DNA of 64,000 nt. Source: an uncultured Bacteroidales bacterium (GTDB lineage: Bacteria; Bacteroidota; Bacteroidia; Bacteroidales; VadinHA17). Position numbers and translations under genes: made by a program. Below, piece after piece: positions 56,004 through 63,945 of the stretch. Location: positions 194,673 through 258,672 of the forward strand of contig CAWKJD010000015.1 in assembly GCA_963849945.1 (NCBI GenBank), in the 5' to 3' direction. The first letter of the stretch is position 1; each line of letters opens with the position of its first letter. Under the pieces are notes generated by a model. The model saw nothing but the letters and a program-made list of their open reading frames with translations, did not search any database and was not told the DNA's origin.

Positions 56004-56824
56004 TGAAACAGATGAATAGAATTTATACGGCAATAATTGTTCTGCTGATCGGCACGCAGGTGATCTCCGGGCAGGATCAGAAAGTAAAGCTTAAATCGTT
56101 CAGATCAGACGTTCTGGCTAAATACTCTGCATATTTCAGCGCAGCTGATCTGGATGAGCACGGAAAGCTCAGGCTGACTGCCGGGGAAAGTTACAGCAAG
56201 CTGGCGCCATCCGATAAAAAGGATATAATGAATATTATAATCAGATCATGGCAGGAATCTCTGGTGGTTCTGCAGTTTGAGTCCAAACGCGAACTGTGGG
56301 GGTGGAACGATGAATTAAAGGATGCACTGCTGATTGATGCCTGGAATTTAAATCCTGACCCGCCCTCTGCGGAACCTCAGGCGATCCGGTCCGATATCGC
56401 AAGGCACCCGTGGTTCTTTTATTTGGGCGGTGCCTCGCAAATGGATTCATTTAAAAATGTAAACGGTGCCCTGAATGCACGGCTTGGCTTCTTCCTTCTT
56501 CGCAACAAATGGGACCTGGCAGCGTCCGTCACGGAACAGCTGTCGGGTAACATCGAGGATGAAAGCTCTTCAATGCTGACCAGTGTCGGCCTGGCGAGTA
56601 AGTTCTACTTCCCGATAAAAAAGCATAGCATAAGCCCTAACCTTGGCGCTGAGGTGGCAGTTACCATTCCCAAGGAAGGTACAGTATCATTTTCCCCGTC
56701 TGCTCTTGCAGGGATAAGCTGGTATGTGGGCCCCGGCAGTCTCGATGCGGGGTTCAGGATAGGAAGTAGTTCAATGCTGATGCTGGGATATACTTTAATA
56801 CCAAAGTTTAAATCGGGAAGATAA
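56000..56824 (+). CDS. hypothetical secreted protein P5 (beta-rich C-terminal half)
   Basis: Its start overlaps the P4 stop codon (ATGA). Signal peptide MMKQMNRIYTAIIVLLIGTQVISGQ. The C-terminus ends KFKSGR, similar to the P4 tail. Confidence 0.55.
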   Translation: MMKQMNRIYTAIIVLLIGTQVISGQDQKVKLKSFRSDVLAKYSAYFSAADLDEHGKLRLTAGESYSKLAPSDKKDIMNIIIRSWQESLVVLQFESKRELWGWNDELKDALLIDAWNLNPDPPSAEPQAIRSDIARHPWFFYLGGASQMDSFKNVNGALNARLGFFLLRNKWDLAASVTEQLSGNIEDESSSMLTSVGLASKFYFPIKKHSISPNLGAEVAVTIPKEGTVSFSPSALAGISWYVGPGSLDAGFRIGSSSMLMLGYTLIPKFKSGR

Positions 56825-56859
56825 GGCCGGTAATTGTATCCGCTTTGCGTGGAAAAAAG

Positions 56860-56893
56860 AAGGGCATCTGTCAAAAGTGCCCTTTTTGATTTT
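56860..56893 (+). terminator. intrinsic terminator after the P1-P5 cluster
   Basis: AAGGGCA-tctgtcaaaag-TGCCCTT followed by TTTGATTTT. Confidence 0.65.
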
Positions 56894-56902
56894 AAAATAA
56901 TA

Positions 56903-56933
56903 TTGACTTACAATATTAAGTGACTTACCTTTG
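56903..56933 (+). promoter_or_regulatory. candidate promoter for the small membrane protein gene
   Basis: TTG (56903-56905), a 20-nt spacer, then TACCTTTG (56926-56933). The ATG lies 24 nt downstream. Confidence 0.55.
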
Positions 56934-56957
56934 ATACAGAACTAACCCTTCTGCAAT

Positions 56958-57350
56958 ATGAAAACCTCTGTAAAAATTATCCACTGGTTACCAAGAATAT
57001 TGTGCATTCTGGCCATCCTTTTCGTCGGCATGTTTGCTCTTGACTCTTTTTCATCGGAGCGTACGTTCTGGCAAAATCTCGGATCTTTTTTTATGAGTCT
57101 GATACCGACATTAGTTTTAATCGTCCTGCTTATCATCGCCTGGAAACGGGAGCTTATCGGGGGAATTGCCTTTGTAATAATCGGTTTGGTAATGAGCCCC
57201 TTTATTTATAATCATAATTTCCGGATGAGCCAATCGGTTGGAAGGGGCCTGGAGGCTCTGCTTATCATAACCCTGCCCTTTATCATTGTAGGGCTTTTAT
57301 TTATCAGGAGTTATTATCTGAAGAAGAAACAGAACAATACAGTTTCGTAA
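56958..57350 (+). CDS. small integral membrane protein (4 predicted TM segments)
   Basis: 130 aa with four hydrophobic stretches. A good Bacteroidetes-type promoter lies immediately upstream. Confidence 0.55.
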   Translation: MKTSVKIIHWLPRILCILAILFVGMFALDSFSSERTFWQNLGSFFMSLIPTLVLIVLLIIAWKRELIGGIAFVIIGLVMSPFIYNHNFRMSQSVGRGLEALLIITLPFIIVGLLFIRSYYLKKKQNNTVS

Positions 57351-57362
57351 TAAGCTCAAATC

Positions 57363-57848
57363 ATGGAAAATAAAGAAAAAAAGGAAATGGAGTGCTGTCC
57401 TCCCTTTGATCCCGCACCGTGGGAGGACAAGGTCCTGGATTGGGATAAGAAGAAATTCATCAAGGAAAGTGTTTTCACCTTTCTTTATATGCCGGTGAAC
57501 TTCGGACAGAAAATGAGAAAGCTCGATAAGCTTGTCACAAAGGCAGGAGCTGCATTTTCCGGTTCAATGTGCCTGTCTGACCATACTTCAAAATGGAACA
57601 TGGATATCCTGCTTTCCGTTGACAGGGAAATACCGGGAGCCGAAAATACAATGTTAAGCGGGAAATTTTACAGTAAGGTCTATGAAGGGCCGTTTAATAA
57701 CACAGGAAAATGGTGCAGGGAGTATGAAAGTATTGCAGGGACTAAGGGATGGACAATAAAAAAATGGTACATGTGGTACACCACCTGCCCAAAGTGCGCG
57801 AAAAAGTACGGGAAGAATTACGTTGTTATTATCGGGCAGATTGAATGA
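57363..57848 (+). CDS. hypothetical cytoplasmic Cys-containing protein
   Basis: 161 aa with no signal peptide. N-terminal CCPPFDPAPWEDK and C-terminal YTTCPKCAKKYGKNY. I cannot name the family with confidence. Confidence 0.5.
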   Translation: MENKEKKEMECCPPFDPAPWEDKVLDWDKKKFIKESVFTFLYMPVNFGQKMRKLDKLVTKAGAAFSGSMCLSDHTSKWNMDILLSVDREIPGAENTMLSGKFYSKVYEGPFNNTGKWCREYESIAGTKGWTIKKWYMWYTTCPKCAKKYGKNYVVIIGQIE

Positions 57849-57938
57849 TGATGGCTCGGCAGGAGCGACAACAGAACACCTAAAAAAAAGGAGTGAACTA
57901 TTTTTAAGTATATAAAGTTCAATACAAAAAAAGTAATC

Positions 57939-58658
57939 ATGAAAAAGCAGTTAAGTGCCGGTTTGGTGATCTTTGCATTACTGATCACTGCGAATGCATT
58001 CGGACAGGGCTTTGTCGAGTCAGTAGGATCTGAATCGATGCAGTTCTTTTCAAACAAAGAATGTATTCTGAAGCTTGTCTCAGGTGAAGAAGTCCATGGT
58101 AAATTCGCTGGCGGGACTTTTATTAACAAAGGTTTTTCCAAGGTCACCATAAAGCTTGAAAATGGTGAAAAAGTGAAATATGAAGCTGACCAGATTGTTT
58201 CAATGTTTGTAAAATCAGGCGATCTGCTGAAACTCTCTATGATCACCGAAGCTGGTTCTTCAATCGCTGAAATGGCGGGTACTAATTTTAATGATATAGT
58301 AAATAGGGAGTATGTCATTTTTGAAACTGCTCTCACCCCAAAAAAGACTGATACTCAAAGACTTCTTCAGCTATTGAATGCAGGTTTTGACAGCAGGATA
58401 AAAGTATTTGATGACCCTTCTGCAAAGACAGGTGGTTTAACCCTGGGAGGAATCCCGGTGACAGGTGGTGAGGACAGAGGCTATCTTTTTGTCAAAGGAG
58501 GAGGGAAGGCATTTTCAGTCAAGAAAGGAAGCTATGCCAAAGACTTTGCAGAAATCTACGGCGACTGCCCTAAAATGATGGAAGCCTATAAAGACCAAAA
58601 GATCAAGTGGGACGATGTGGCATTGCATGTATTTTATTACGACCAATTCTGCAAATAG
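57939..58658 (+). CDS. hypothetical secreted protein
   Basis: Signal peptide MKKQLSAGLVIFALLITANAFGQ. 239 aa with no recognised motif. Confidence 0.5.
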   Translation: MKKQLSAGLVIFALLITANAFGQGFVESVGSESMQFFSNKECILKLVSGEEVHGKFAGGTFINKGFSKVTIKLENGEKVKYEADQIVSMFVKSGDLLKLSMITEAGSSIAEMAGTNFNDIVNREYVIFETALTPKKTDTQRLLQLLNAGFDSRIKVFDDPSAKTGGLTLGGIPVTGGEDRGYLFVKGGGKAFSVKKGSYAKDFAEIYGDCPKMMEAYKDQKIKWDDVALHVFYYDQFCK

Positions 58659-58747
58659 AGATAAGAAGTTTCTGATTTAATCCGATTATTTAGCATGTAT
58701 TGAATATATAAGGTATGCATGCTGTCTTGCATAAATGTTTCTGATAA

Positions 58748-59131
58748 ATGAGAACAACTGGAATTCCCGAGAATACTGACGAATACATTGCCGGCTTTCC
58801 TGAAAATATTCAGAGGAAGCTGAATGATTTAAGGGCAGCAATAAGGAAAGCCGCACCAGGGGCTGAAGAAAGTATCAGCTACCGGATGCCGGCGTACAAG
58901 CTAAACGGTGTGCTTGTTTATTTTGCGGCTCAGAAAAACCATATCGGATTTTATCCAACCAGTTCAGGTGTCATTGCCTTCAAAAAGGAGCTGGCTGGAT
59001 ATAAAACCTCAAAAGGGGCAGTTCAGTTCCCTCTAGACAAACCAATCCCGCTGAAGCTGGTTTCAACAATAGTTAAATTCAGGGTAAAGGAAAATTCAGA
59101 ACGTATCAAATCAATAAAAAAGAAAATGTGA
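58748..59131 (+). CDS. DUF1801 (YdhG-like) domain protein
   Basis: 127 aa. DEYIAGFPENIQRKLNDLRAAIRKAAPGAEESISYRMPAY..HIGFYP matches the YdhG/DUF1801 pattern as I remember it. Confidence 0.65.
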   Translation: MRTTGIPENTDEYIAGFPENIQRKLNDLRAAIRKAAPGAEESISYRMPAYKLNGVLVYFAAQKNHIGFYPTSSGVIAFKKELAGYKTSKGAVQFPLDKPIPLKLVSTIVKFRVKENSERIKSIKKKM

Positions 59132-59155
59132 AACCATCTTAGCTGAAAATTATTC

Positions 59156-59450
59156 GACCCTCTCCGAGGGTCATTTCTTTTGGTTATTCATATTCTACAG
59201 TAATTTGATCCTCTACGAGGATCTTGTTATTGCAGATCATTCTTCAATTCAAATCAGATGGTCGTAGACCATCAAATTATTGTAGAAAAATGGTACCGGA
59301 AACCAAACAGATGGTCGTAGACCATCAAATTATTGTAGAAAAATGGTACCGGAAACCAAAAAGATGGTCGTAGACCATCAAGTTATTGTAGAATGCGTGG
59401 TAAAAACAAAATCCAGATGGTCGTAGACCATCAAATTATTGTTACAACAA
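59156..59450 (+). repeat. phased array of six 7-bp-stem/3-nt-loop hairpins; the last four units form a 53-bp tandem repeat
   Basis: Hairpins: GACCCTC-tcc-GAGGGTC (59156), GATCCTC-tac-GAGGATC (59207), and GATGGTC-gta-GACCATC at 59257, 59310, 59363 and 59416. Units 59256-59308 and 59309-59361 are identical except for one base. Each hairpin is followed by a TTATTG-like motif. Confidence 0.9.
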
Positions 59451-59520
59451 ATGATCCGTTTATCTTTTTTGTTAAAATAATAGTTTGAATATCAGTATAT
59501 TATAAAAATAACTAAAAAAA

Positions 59521-59574
59521 TAGTCATTATTTTGCAAAAATAGTTGCATGACTAAGAAAATAGTCATATATTTG
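59521..59574 (+). promoter_or_regulatory. blaI-like gene promoter with embedded dyad operator and 20-bp-phased TAGT(C/T) sites
   Basis: TTG (59544-59546), a 20-nt spacer, then TATATTTG (59567-59574). The spacer contains a perfect inverted repeat ATGACTA-agaaaa-TAGTCAT (59548-59567). AAAATAGT(C/T) recurs at 59521, 59541 and 59561. Confidence 0.6.
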
Positions 59575-59600
59575 TACTGAAGGATTGACACAAAACAATT

Positions 59601-59981
59601 ATGAAGAACATGCAACTGACAAAAGCAGAGGAACAGGTGATGCAAATCCTGTGGGATATGGAGGAAGGTCTGGTCAAGGATATCCGCGACCGTTTCAATG
59701 ACCCTAAACCTGCCAGGAATACTGTGTCCACAGTAGTAAGGATACTTGAGAAGAAAGGATTTGTCGGGTACAAATCCTATGGGAATGTCCACCTGTATTT
59801 TCCACTGGTACCAAAGAGCGAGTACTCCAGGAGTCAACTCTTTGGATTGCTCGAAGGCTATTTCGATAACTCTTTCACAGCCATGGCCTCATTCTTCGCA
59901 CGTGAGAAGGATCTGACCGTAGCTGAGCTTGAAGAGCTTCTTAGAGAAACAAGAAAGGAGTTGTCATCTGCTAAAAACTAA
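59601..59981 (+). CDS. BlaI/MecI/CopY family transcriptional repressor
   Basis: 126 aa. LTKAEEQVMQILWDMEEGLVKDI..NTVSTVVRILEKKGFV winged-helix pattern. It lies directly upstream of an M56 (BlaR1-like) gene. Confidence 0.8.
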   Translation: MKNMQLTKAEEQVMQILWDMEEGLVKDIRDRFNDPKPARNTVSTVVRILEKKGFVGYKSYGNVHLYFPLVPKSEYSRSQLFGLLEGYFDNSFTAMASFFAREKDLTVAELEELLRETRKELSSAKN

Positions 59982-59986
59982 GAGTT

Positions 59987-61585
59987 ATGGAGGCACTTGC
60001 ATTGTATCTGTTTAAGTCGCTGATCTGGATCACCGGATTTGCACTGGTTTATATTCTCTTCTTAAAGGATGAGAGATTCTTCTTTCTGAACAGGGTTTAC
60101 CTGGTCTTCGGAATTCTGGCTTCACTGATACTTCCGTTTGTGACAGTCCGGTACTTAATTGAAGCACCGGATGTTCAGGCTGATCTTTCGGTTGGAGCTT
60201 TGAGTGGCGGAATAGTAAGCGGAACTTCAGGCATCAGCACAGGAGGCCTGATATTACTGGCGCTCTGGGTTGCCGGTGCCATTTTCATCTTTGTCAGACA
60301 ATTAATACAAACTCTGACTGTGGTGAAAACCATCAGCAAATCGGAAAAAATCTCATCCTATCCTGTCCAGCTGATAAGGTCAGCCGATTATGTCACTCCT
60401 TTTTCATTTTTCTCCTTTGTGGTTGTCAATCCTTCACTTAAAGACATTGAAACAAGGGAAATAATGAATCATGAAATGGTGCATGTAAAACAGATGCACT
60501 GGCTTGACCTGTTGCTGTCAGGATTGCTATGTACGGTTCAGTGGTTTAATCCTGTTGCCTGGGTTTACGCCAGGTTTATAAGGCAGAACCATGAGTATCT
60601 TGCCGATGAGGAAGCGCTGCAGCGCACATCCGATCCGGCGGTGTACAGGGCAGCTCTCCTGAACCAGATCGCAGGTTCACCTGTAATTGATTTGGGTAAT
60701 TCATTCAATTATTCACTAAACAAAAAACGATTTACTATGATGAAAAATATTATCAGTTCACCTTACAGAAAGCTAAGGTTACTCACTATACTTCCCGTTT
60801 TTGCAATATTGCTTTATGCATTTGCAGAACCGGAGTACAAGCAGGCAGCCAGCAATAATGGACAGACACCTACTGACGCCATCCTCGTTTCAGCGGCAAA
60901 GGAAGTTAAGGGAGTAGTCGTCAGCGATGAAGGAAAACCACTGGCAGGGGCAGCTATTGTTATAAAAGGAACGACTGTAGGCACTTTATCAGATAATGAA
61001 GGACGGTTCAAGCTTGTGGATTTTCCCGATGACGGAGTGCTCGTAATCACTTATGTGGGATTTGAATCGAAAGTGATGAAACCTTCTTTCGGTTCTGACA
61101 TGATGATAAAGATGGCAAGGAAAGCAGTTGAAATGGATGCGATCCAGGTTCCGCCGCCTCCGCCACCACCCTCACAATCAGGATCAAAGCAAATGCAGGT
61201 ACCTCCTCCACCACCTCCACCTCCACCACTGCCGCCATCGAAGGCTTCCGGCGATACCAAACCAGGCGAGGAGAAATATGTTGTGATTGAGGAGATGCCT
61301 CAGTTCCCCGGTGGATCGGAGGGTATGATGGTATGGATCTCCAATAACGTTAAATATCCTGCTGAGGCAGTGAAAAAAAAGACTATGGGGCAAGTTCAGG
61401 TACACTTTACGGTAAGCAGTACCGGAGTGATTCAGAATGTAAAAGTCACAAAGCCTGTTGACCCACTCCTTGATGCAGAGGCTGTCAGGGTAATTGAAAG
61501 CATGCCTGTATGGAAACCCGGAACTCAGCATGGACAGCCGGTTGCTGTTGATTATACGGTCCCTATTGACTTCAAACTTAAATAA
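59987..61585 (+). CDS. BlaR1-like M56 peptidase fused to a poly-Pro linker and TonB C-terminal domain
   Basis: TM segments. HEXXH motif (NHEMVHVKQMH). CarboxypepD_reg-like segment (VKGVVVSDEGKPLAGAAIVIKGT). Pro runs (PPPPPPPS, PPPPPPPPPLPPS). TonB-C-like tail (EEMPQFPGG..YPAEA..G.V.V.F.V...G). Confidence 0.75.
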   Translation: MEALALYLFKSLIWITGFALVYILFLKDERFFFLNRVYLVFGILASLILPFVTVRYLIEAPDVQADLSVGALSGGIVSGTSGISTGGLILLALWVAGAIFIFVRQLIQTLTVVKTISKSEKISSYPVQLIRSADYVTPFSFFSFVVVNPSLKDIETREIMNHEMVHVKQMHWLDLLLSGLLCTVQWFNPVAWVYARFIRQNHEYLADEEALQRTSDPAVYRAALLNQIAGSPVIDLGNSFNYSLNKKRFTMMKNIISSPYRKLRLLTILPVFAILLYAFAEPEYKQAASNNGQTPTDAILVSAAKEVKGVVVSDEGKPLAGAAIVIKGTTVGTLSDNEGRFKLVDFPDDGVLVITYVGFESKVMKPSFGSDMMIKMARKAVEMDAIQVPPPPPPPSQSGSKQMQVPPPPPPPPPLPPSKASGDTKPGEEKYVVIEEMPQFPGGSEGMMVWISNNVKYPAEAVKKKTMGQVQVHFTVSSTGVIQNVKVTKPVDPLLDAEAVRVIESMPVWKPGTQHGQPVAVDYTVPIDFKLK

Positions 61586-61621
61586 CTGAAGGCAATAGGT
61601 TAGTAAAATATAAGGCCGAAG

Positions 61622-61657
61622 ACAGGGACATCCTACATCGTGTCCCTGTTTTTTTTG
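61622..61657 (+). terminator. intrinsic terminator after the BlaR1-TonB gene
   Basis: 9-bp stem ACAGGGACA-tcctacatcg-TGTCCCTGT followed by T8. Confidence 0.8.
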
Positions 61658-61741
61658 CACCTATTATGATTATCCTTCTTTTTTTACAATTTTATTAATG
61701 TATTTTTGATACACCTTTACAGTATTGATGCATTACTTTTT

Positions 61742-62848
61742 ATGATTCTTCTGAACAGCGGTGTCGGTAATTATATCTTAAGCAACGGCAAAGAATATTC
61801 TTACTTCGGAGGCAATAATTACCTGGGTCTTGCCAACCACCCTTCCGTGAGGGAAGCAGCCATCAGGGCTATTGAGAAGTACGGTGTCAATTTCGCCGCA
61901 TCGAGACACACAACCGGAACAGCAGATATTCATTATGAACTTGAAAAAGGACTTGCGGCATTCAAGGGGAAGGAAGATGCGGTTGTGTTTGCTTCAGGAT
62001 ATCAGGGAAACGGTATCCTGCTTGAGATATTGAAGGGCAGGTACTCAACAGTCTTCGCTGACCAGGCAGCACACGCCAGCATTATCTCTGCCATACCGGC
62101 CGATGTGGTAAAAGTGATGTATTATGACCATTGCGATGCCAGTCATCTGGAAAATCTGCTGGAACATAACAGGGACTCCAGGCCGCTGATAATTACTGAC
62201 GGTATCTTTGCGCTCACCGGCGAGATTGCACCGCTTGATGAGATCTGGCCCGTGGTAAAGGAATACAAAGGCATCCTGGTGGTCGACGATGCCCATTCCA
62301 CCGGTGTCCTGGGAAATACGGGGAAGGGAACCCCTGAGCATTTCAAACTCCTTAAAGATGAGAACATTTTCCAGACCGAGACCATGAGCAAGGCACTGGG
62401 AGGATATGGAGGATTTATCTCCGGAGGCAATGATCTCACTGAACTTATCCGTGAAAGATCTGCCACATACCAGGCCTCGACAGCCCTACCACCTCCGATA
62501 GCGGCAGCGGGCATAGCATCCCTGAAAATAATAAATGATAATCCGGATATCCGGATTCAATTAATTCAAAAGGCCCGGATGCTGAGGAAAGAAATTTCCG
62601 GATTAGGTTTTGAAACCACTCATTATGACACACCTATCATACCGATAATTTTTAAAAGTGCAGAGAAAGCAAAAGGTCTTTCCTTTTATCTGGAAGATAA
62701 CGGCGTCATTGCCCCTTTCATGAACTATCCTGTAAGGCAGGAGATGCATTTGATAAGAATTGCGGTTTGCGCTAACCATACAAGTGATCAGATTGATATT
62801 CTATTGGGAATGTTAAAAAAATGGAAAGATAAAAATGAAAAAAATTAA
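61742..62848 (+). CDS. alpha-oxoamine synthase family PLP enzyme (BioF/Kbl/serine palmitoyltransferase-like)
   Basis: FGGNNYLGLANHP, VVDDAHSTGVLG, and the PLP-lysine context TMSKALGGYGG. The substrate is not assignable from sequence. The track's TTG start at 61706 is possible; I prefer the ATG at 61742. Confidence 0.7.
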   Translation: MILLNSGVGNYILSNGKEYSYFGGNNYLGLANHPSVREAAIRAIEKYGVNFAASRHTTGTADIHYELEKGLAAFKGKEDAVVFASGYQGNGILLEILKGRYSTVFADQAAHASIISAIPADVVKVMYYDHCDASHLENLLEHNRDSRPLIITDGIFALTGEIAPLDEIWPVVKEYKGILVVDDAHSTGVLGNTGKGTPEHFKLLKDENIFQTETMSKALGGYGGFISGGNDLTELIRERSATYQASTALPPPIAAAGIASLKIINDNPDIRIQLIQKARMLRKEISGLGFETTHYDTPIIPIIFKSAEKAKGLSFYLEDNGVIAPFMNYPVRQEMHLIRIAVCANHTSDQIDILLGMLKKWKDKNEKN

Positions 62849-63908
62849 GATTAAAAAAATATTCATTGAGCCTGTCAATGTGGATCTGGATGAGCCGTTC
62901 AGGATTGCCATAGGAACAAAATACAGTATCGAAAATGCATTGGTGACTGTTGTTCTGGATAATGGAATTGAAGGTTATGGCGAGGCGGCGCCTCTGGAGC
63001 CGATCAACGGCGAGAACCAGGCCACTGTTCTTGCCACGCTTAACAGTTGCATCGACTTCATCAAAGGCAAGGAGATCACTGATTTCAGAGCCATATCAAA
63101 GACTCTGAAAAGCGTATTCTGGGCACAGGTTACTGCCCGGTGTGCTGTGGAAATGGCCCTGCTCGATGCTTACACCAAAGTTCTTAATATACCCATGTAT
63201 CAGTTTTTCGGAGGAGCGGGCAACAAAGCTGAGACCGACTATACAATAGATATTGTTCCGCCGTCTGAGGCAAAAGCCAATGCCAAAAAGCTGTCAAAAG
63301 CCGGGTACAGGGTATTGAAGACTAAAGTGGGAAAAAACCTTGCAGATGATATCGACCGTCTCCTGGCTATCAGGGATGGGGCCCCTGGCTGCGGGATAAC
63401 CCTTGATGCCAACCAGGGCTACTCTCCAGCGGAAGCAGTGCATTTTCTCAATGAACTGGAAAAGAATGACATACGACCGGTTATGTTTGAGCAGCCGGTA
63501 ATAAAAAGTGACCTCCGGGGAATGCGGTTTGTCAAAGACCATACATCAGTCCTGATTGGTGCTGACGAATCAGTCTTTACCAGTGCAGATGCCATTAATA
63601 TCGTACGCACAGGTTGTGCTGACGTCATTAATATCAAGCTAATGAAGTCGGGAATTATTGAGGCATTGGATATTGCAGCTATTGCACGCAGTGCAAATAT
63701 AAAGCTGATGATAGGCTGCATGCTGGAGTCGAAGCTGGCGCTGGGCTGTGCAGTTCACTTTGCTGCCGGACAGGGTTGTTTTGATTTCATCGACCTTGAT
63801 CCGCATATTGACCCTGCAAGGGAGCCATTCACAGGAGGACCGGTTTACAAAGCACCTTATTATACTCTTTCAGACGATCTTCCCGGTATTGGTTGTCAGA
63901 AAAGATAA
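62835..63908 (+). CDS. dipeptide epimerase (L-Ala-D/L-Glu epimerase-like, enolase superfamily MLE subgroup)
   Basis: 357 aa. KxK (VLKTKVG), metal ligands DANQGY / FEQP / GADES, and second catalytic Lys context INIKLMKSG. It overlaps the upstream gene by 14 nt. Confidence 0.75.
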   Translation: MKKIKIKKIFIEPVNVDLDEPFRIAIGTKYSIENALVTVVLDNGIEGYGEAAPLEPINGENQATVLATLNSCIDFIKGKEITDFRAISKTLKSVFWAQVTARCAVEMALLDAYTKVLNIPMYQFFGGAGNKAETDYTIDIVPPSEAKANAKKLSKAGYRVLKTKVGKNLADDIDRLLAIRDGAPGCGITLDANQGYSPAEAVHFLNELEKNDIRPVMFEQPVIKSDLRGMRFVKDHTSVLIGADESVFTSADAINIVRTGCADVINIKLMKSGIIEALDIAAIARSANIKLMIGCMLESKLALGCAVHFAAGQGCFDFIDLDPHIDPAREPFTGGPVYKAPYYTLSDDLPGIGCQKR

Positions 63909-63945
63909 AAACAGATTGACAAAGATGACTTTTCTTTCAGGAAAT

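Noticed and set aside
59256-59450. Possible CRISPR array (regularly spaced palindromic repeats).
   Set aside because: The would-be spacers of units 1 and 2 are identical (aaaaatggtaccggaaaccaaa) and only about 23 nt long. The whole 53-bp unit is repeated, and there are no cas genes. This is a tandem repeat, not a CRISPR array.
61047-61660. Minus-strand ORFs encoding poly-Gly/Val/Glu or Trp/Arg-rich peptides.
   Set aside because: They are antisense translations of the poly-Pro linker and TonB domain of the BlaR1-TonB gene. No independent support exists.
51000-62000. Apparent lower GC content, suggesting a horizontally acquired island.
   Set aside because: Hand counts of individual 60-nt lines ranged from about 38% to 53% inside this span, and were about 50% elsewhere. 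The shift is not consistent. A windowed GC and codon-usage calculation is needed before claiming an island.
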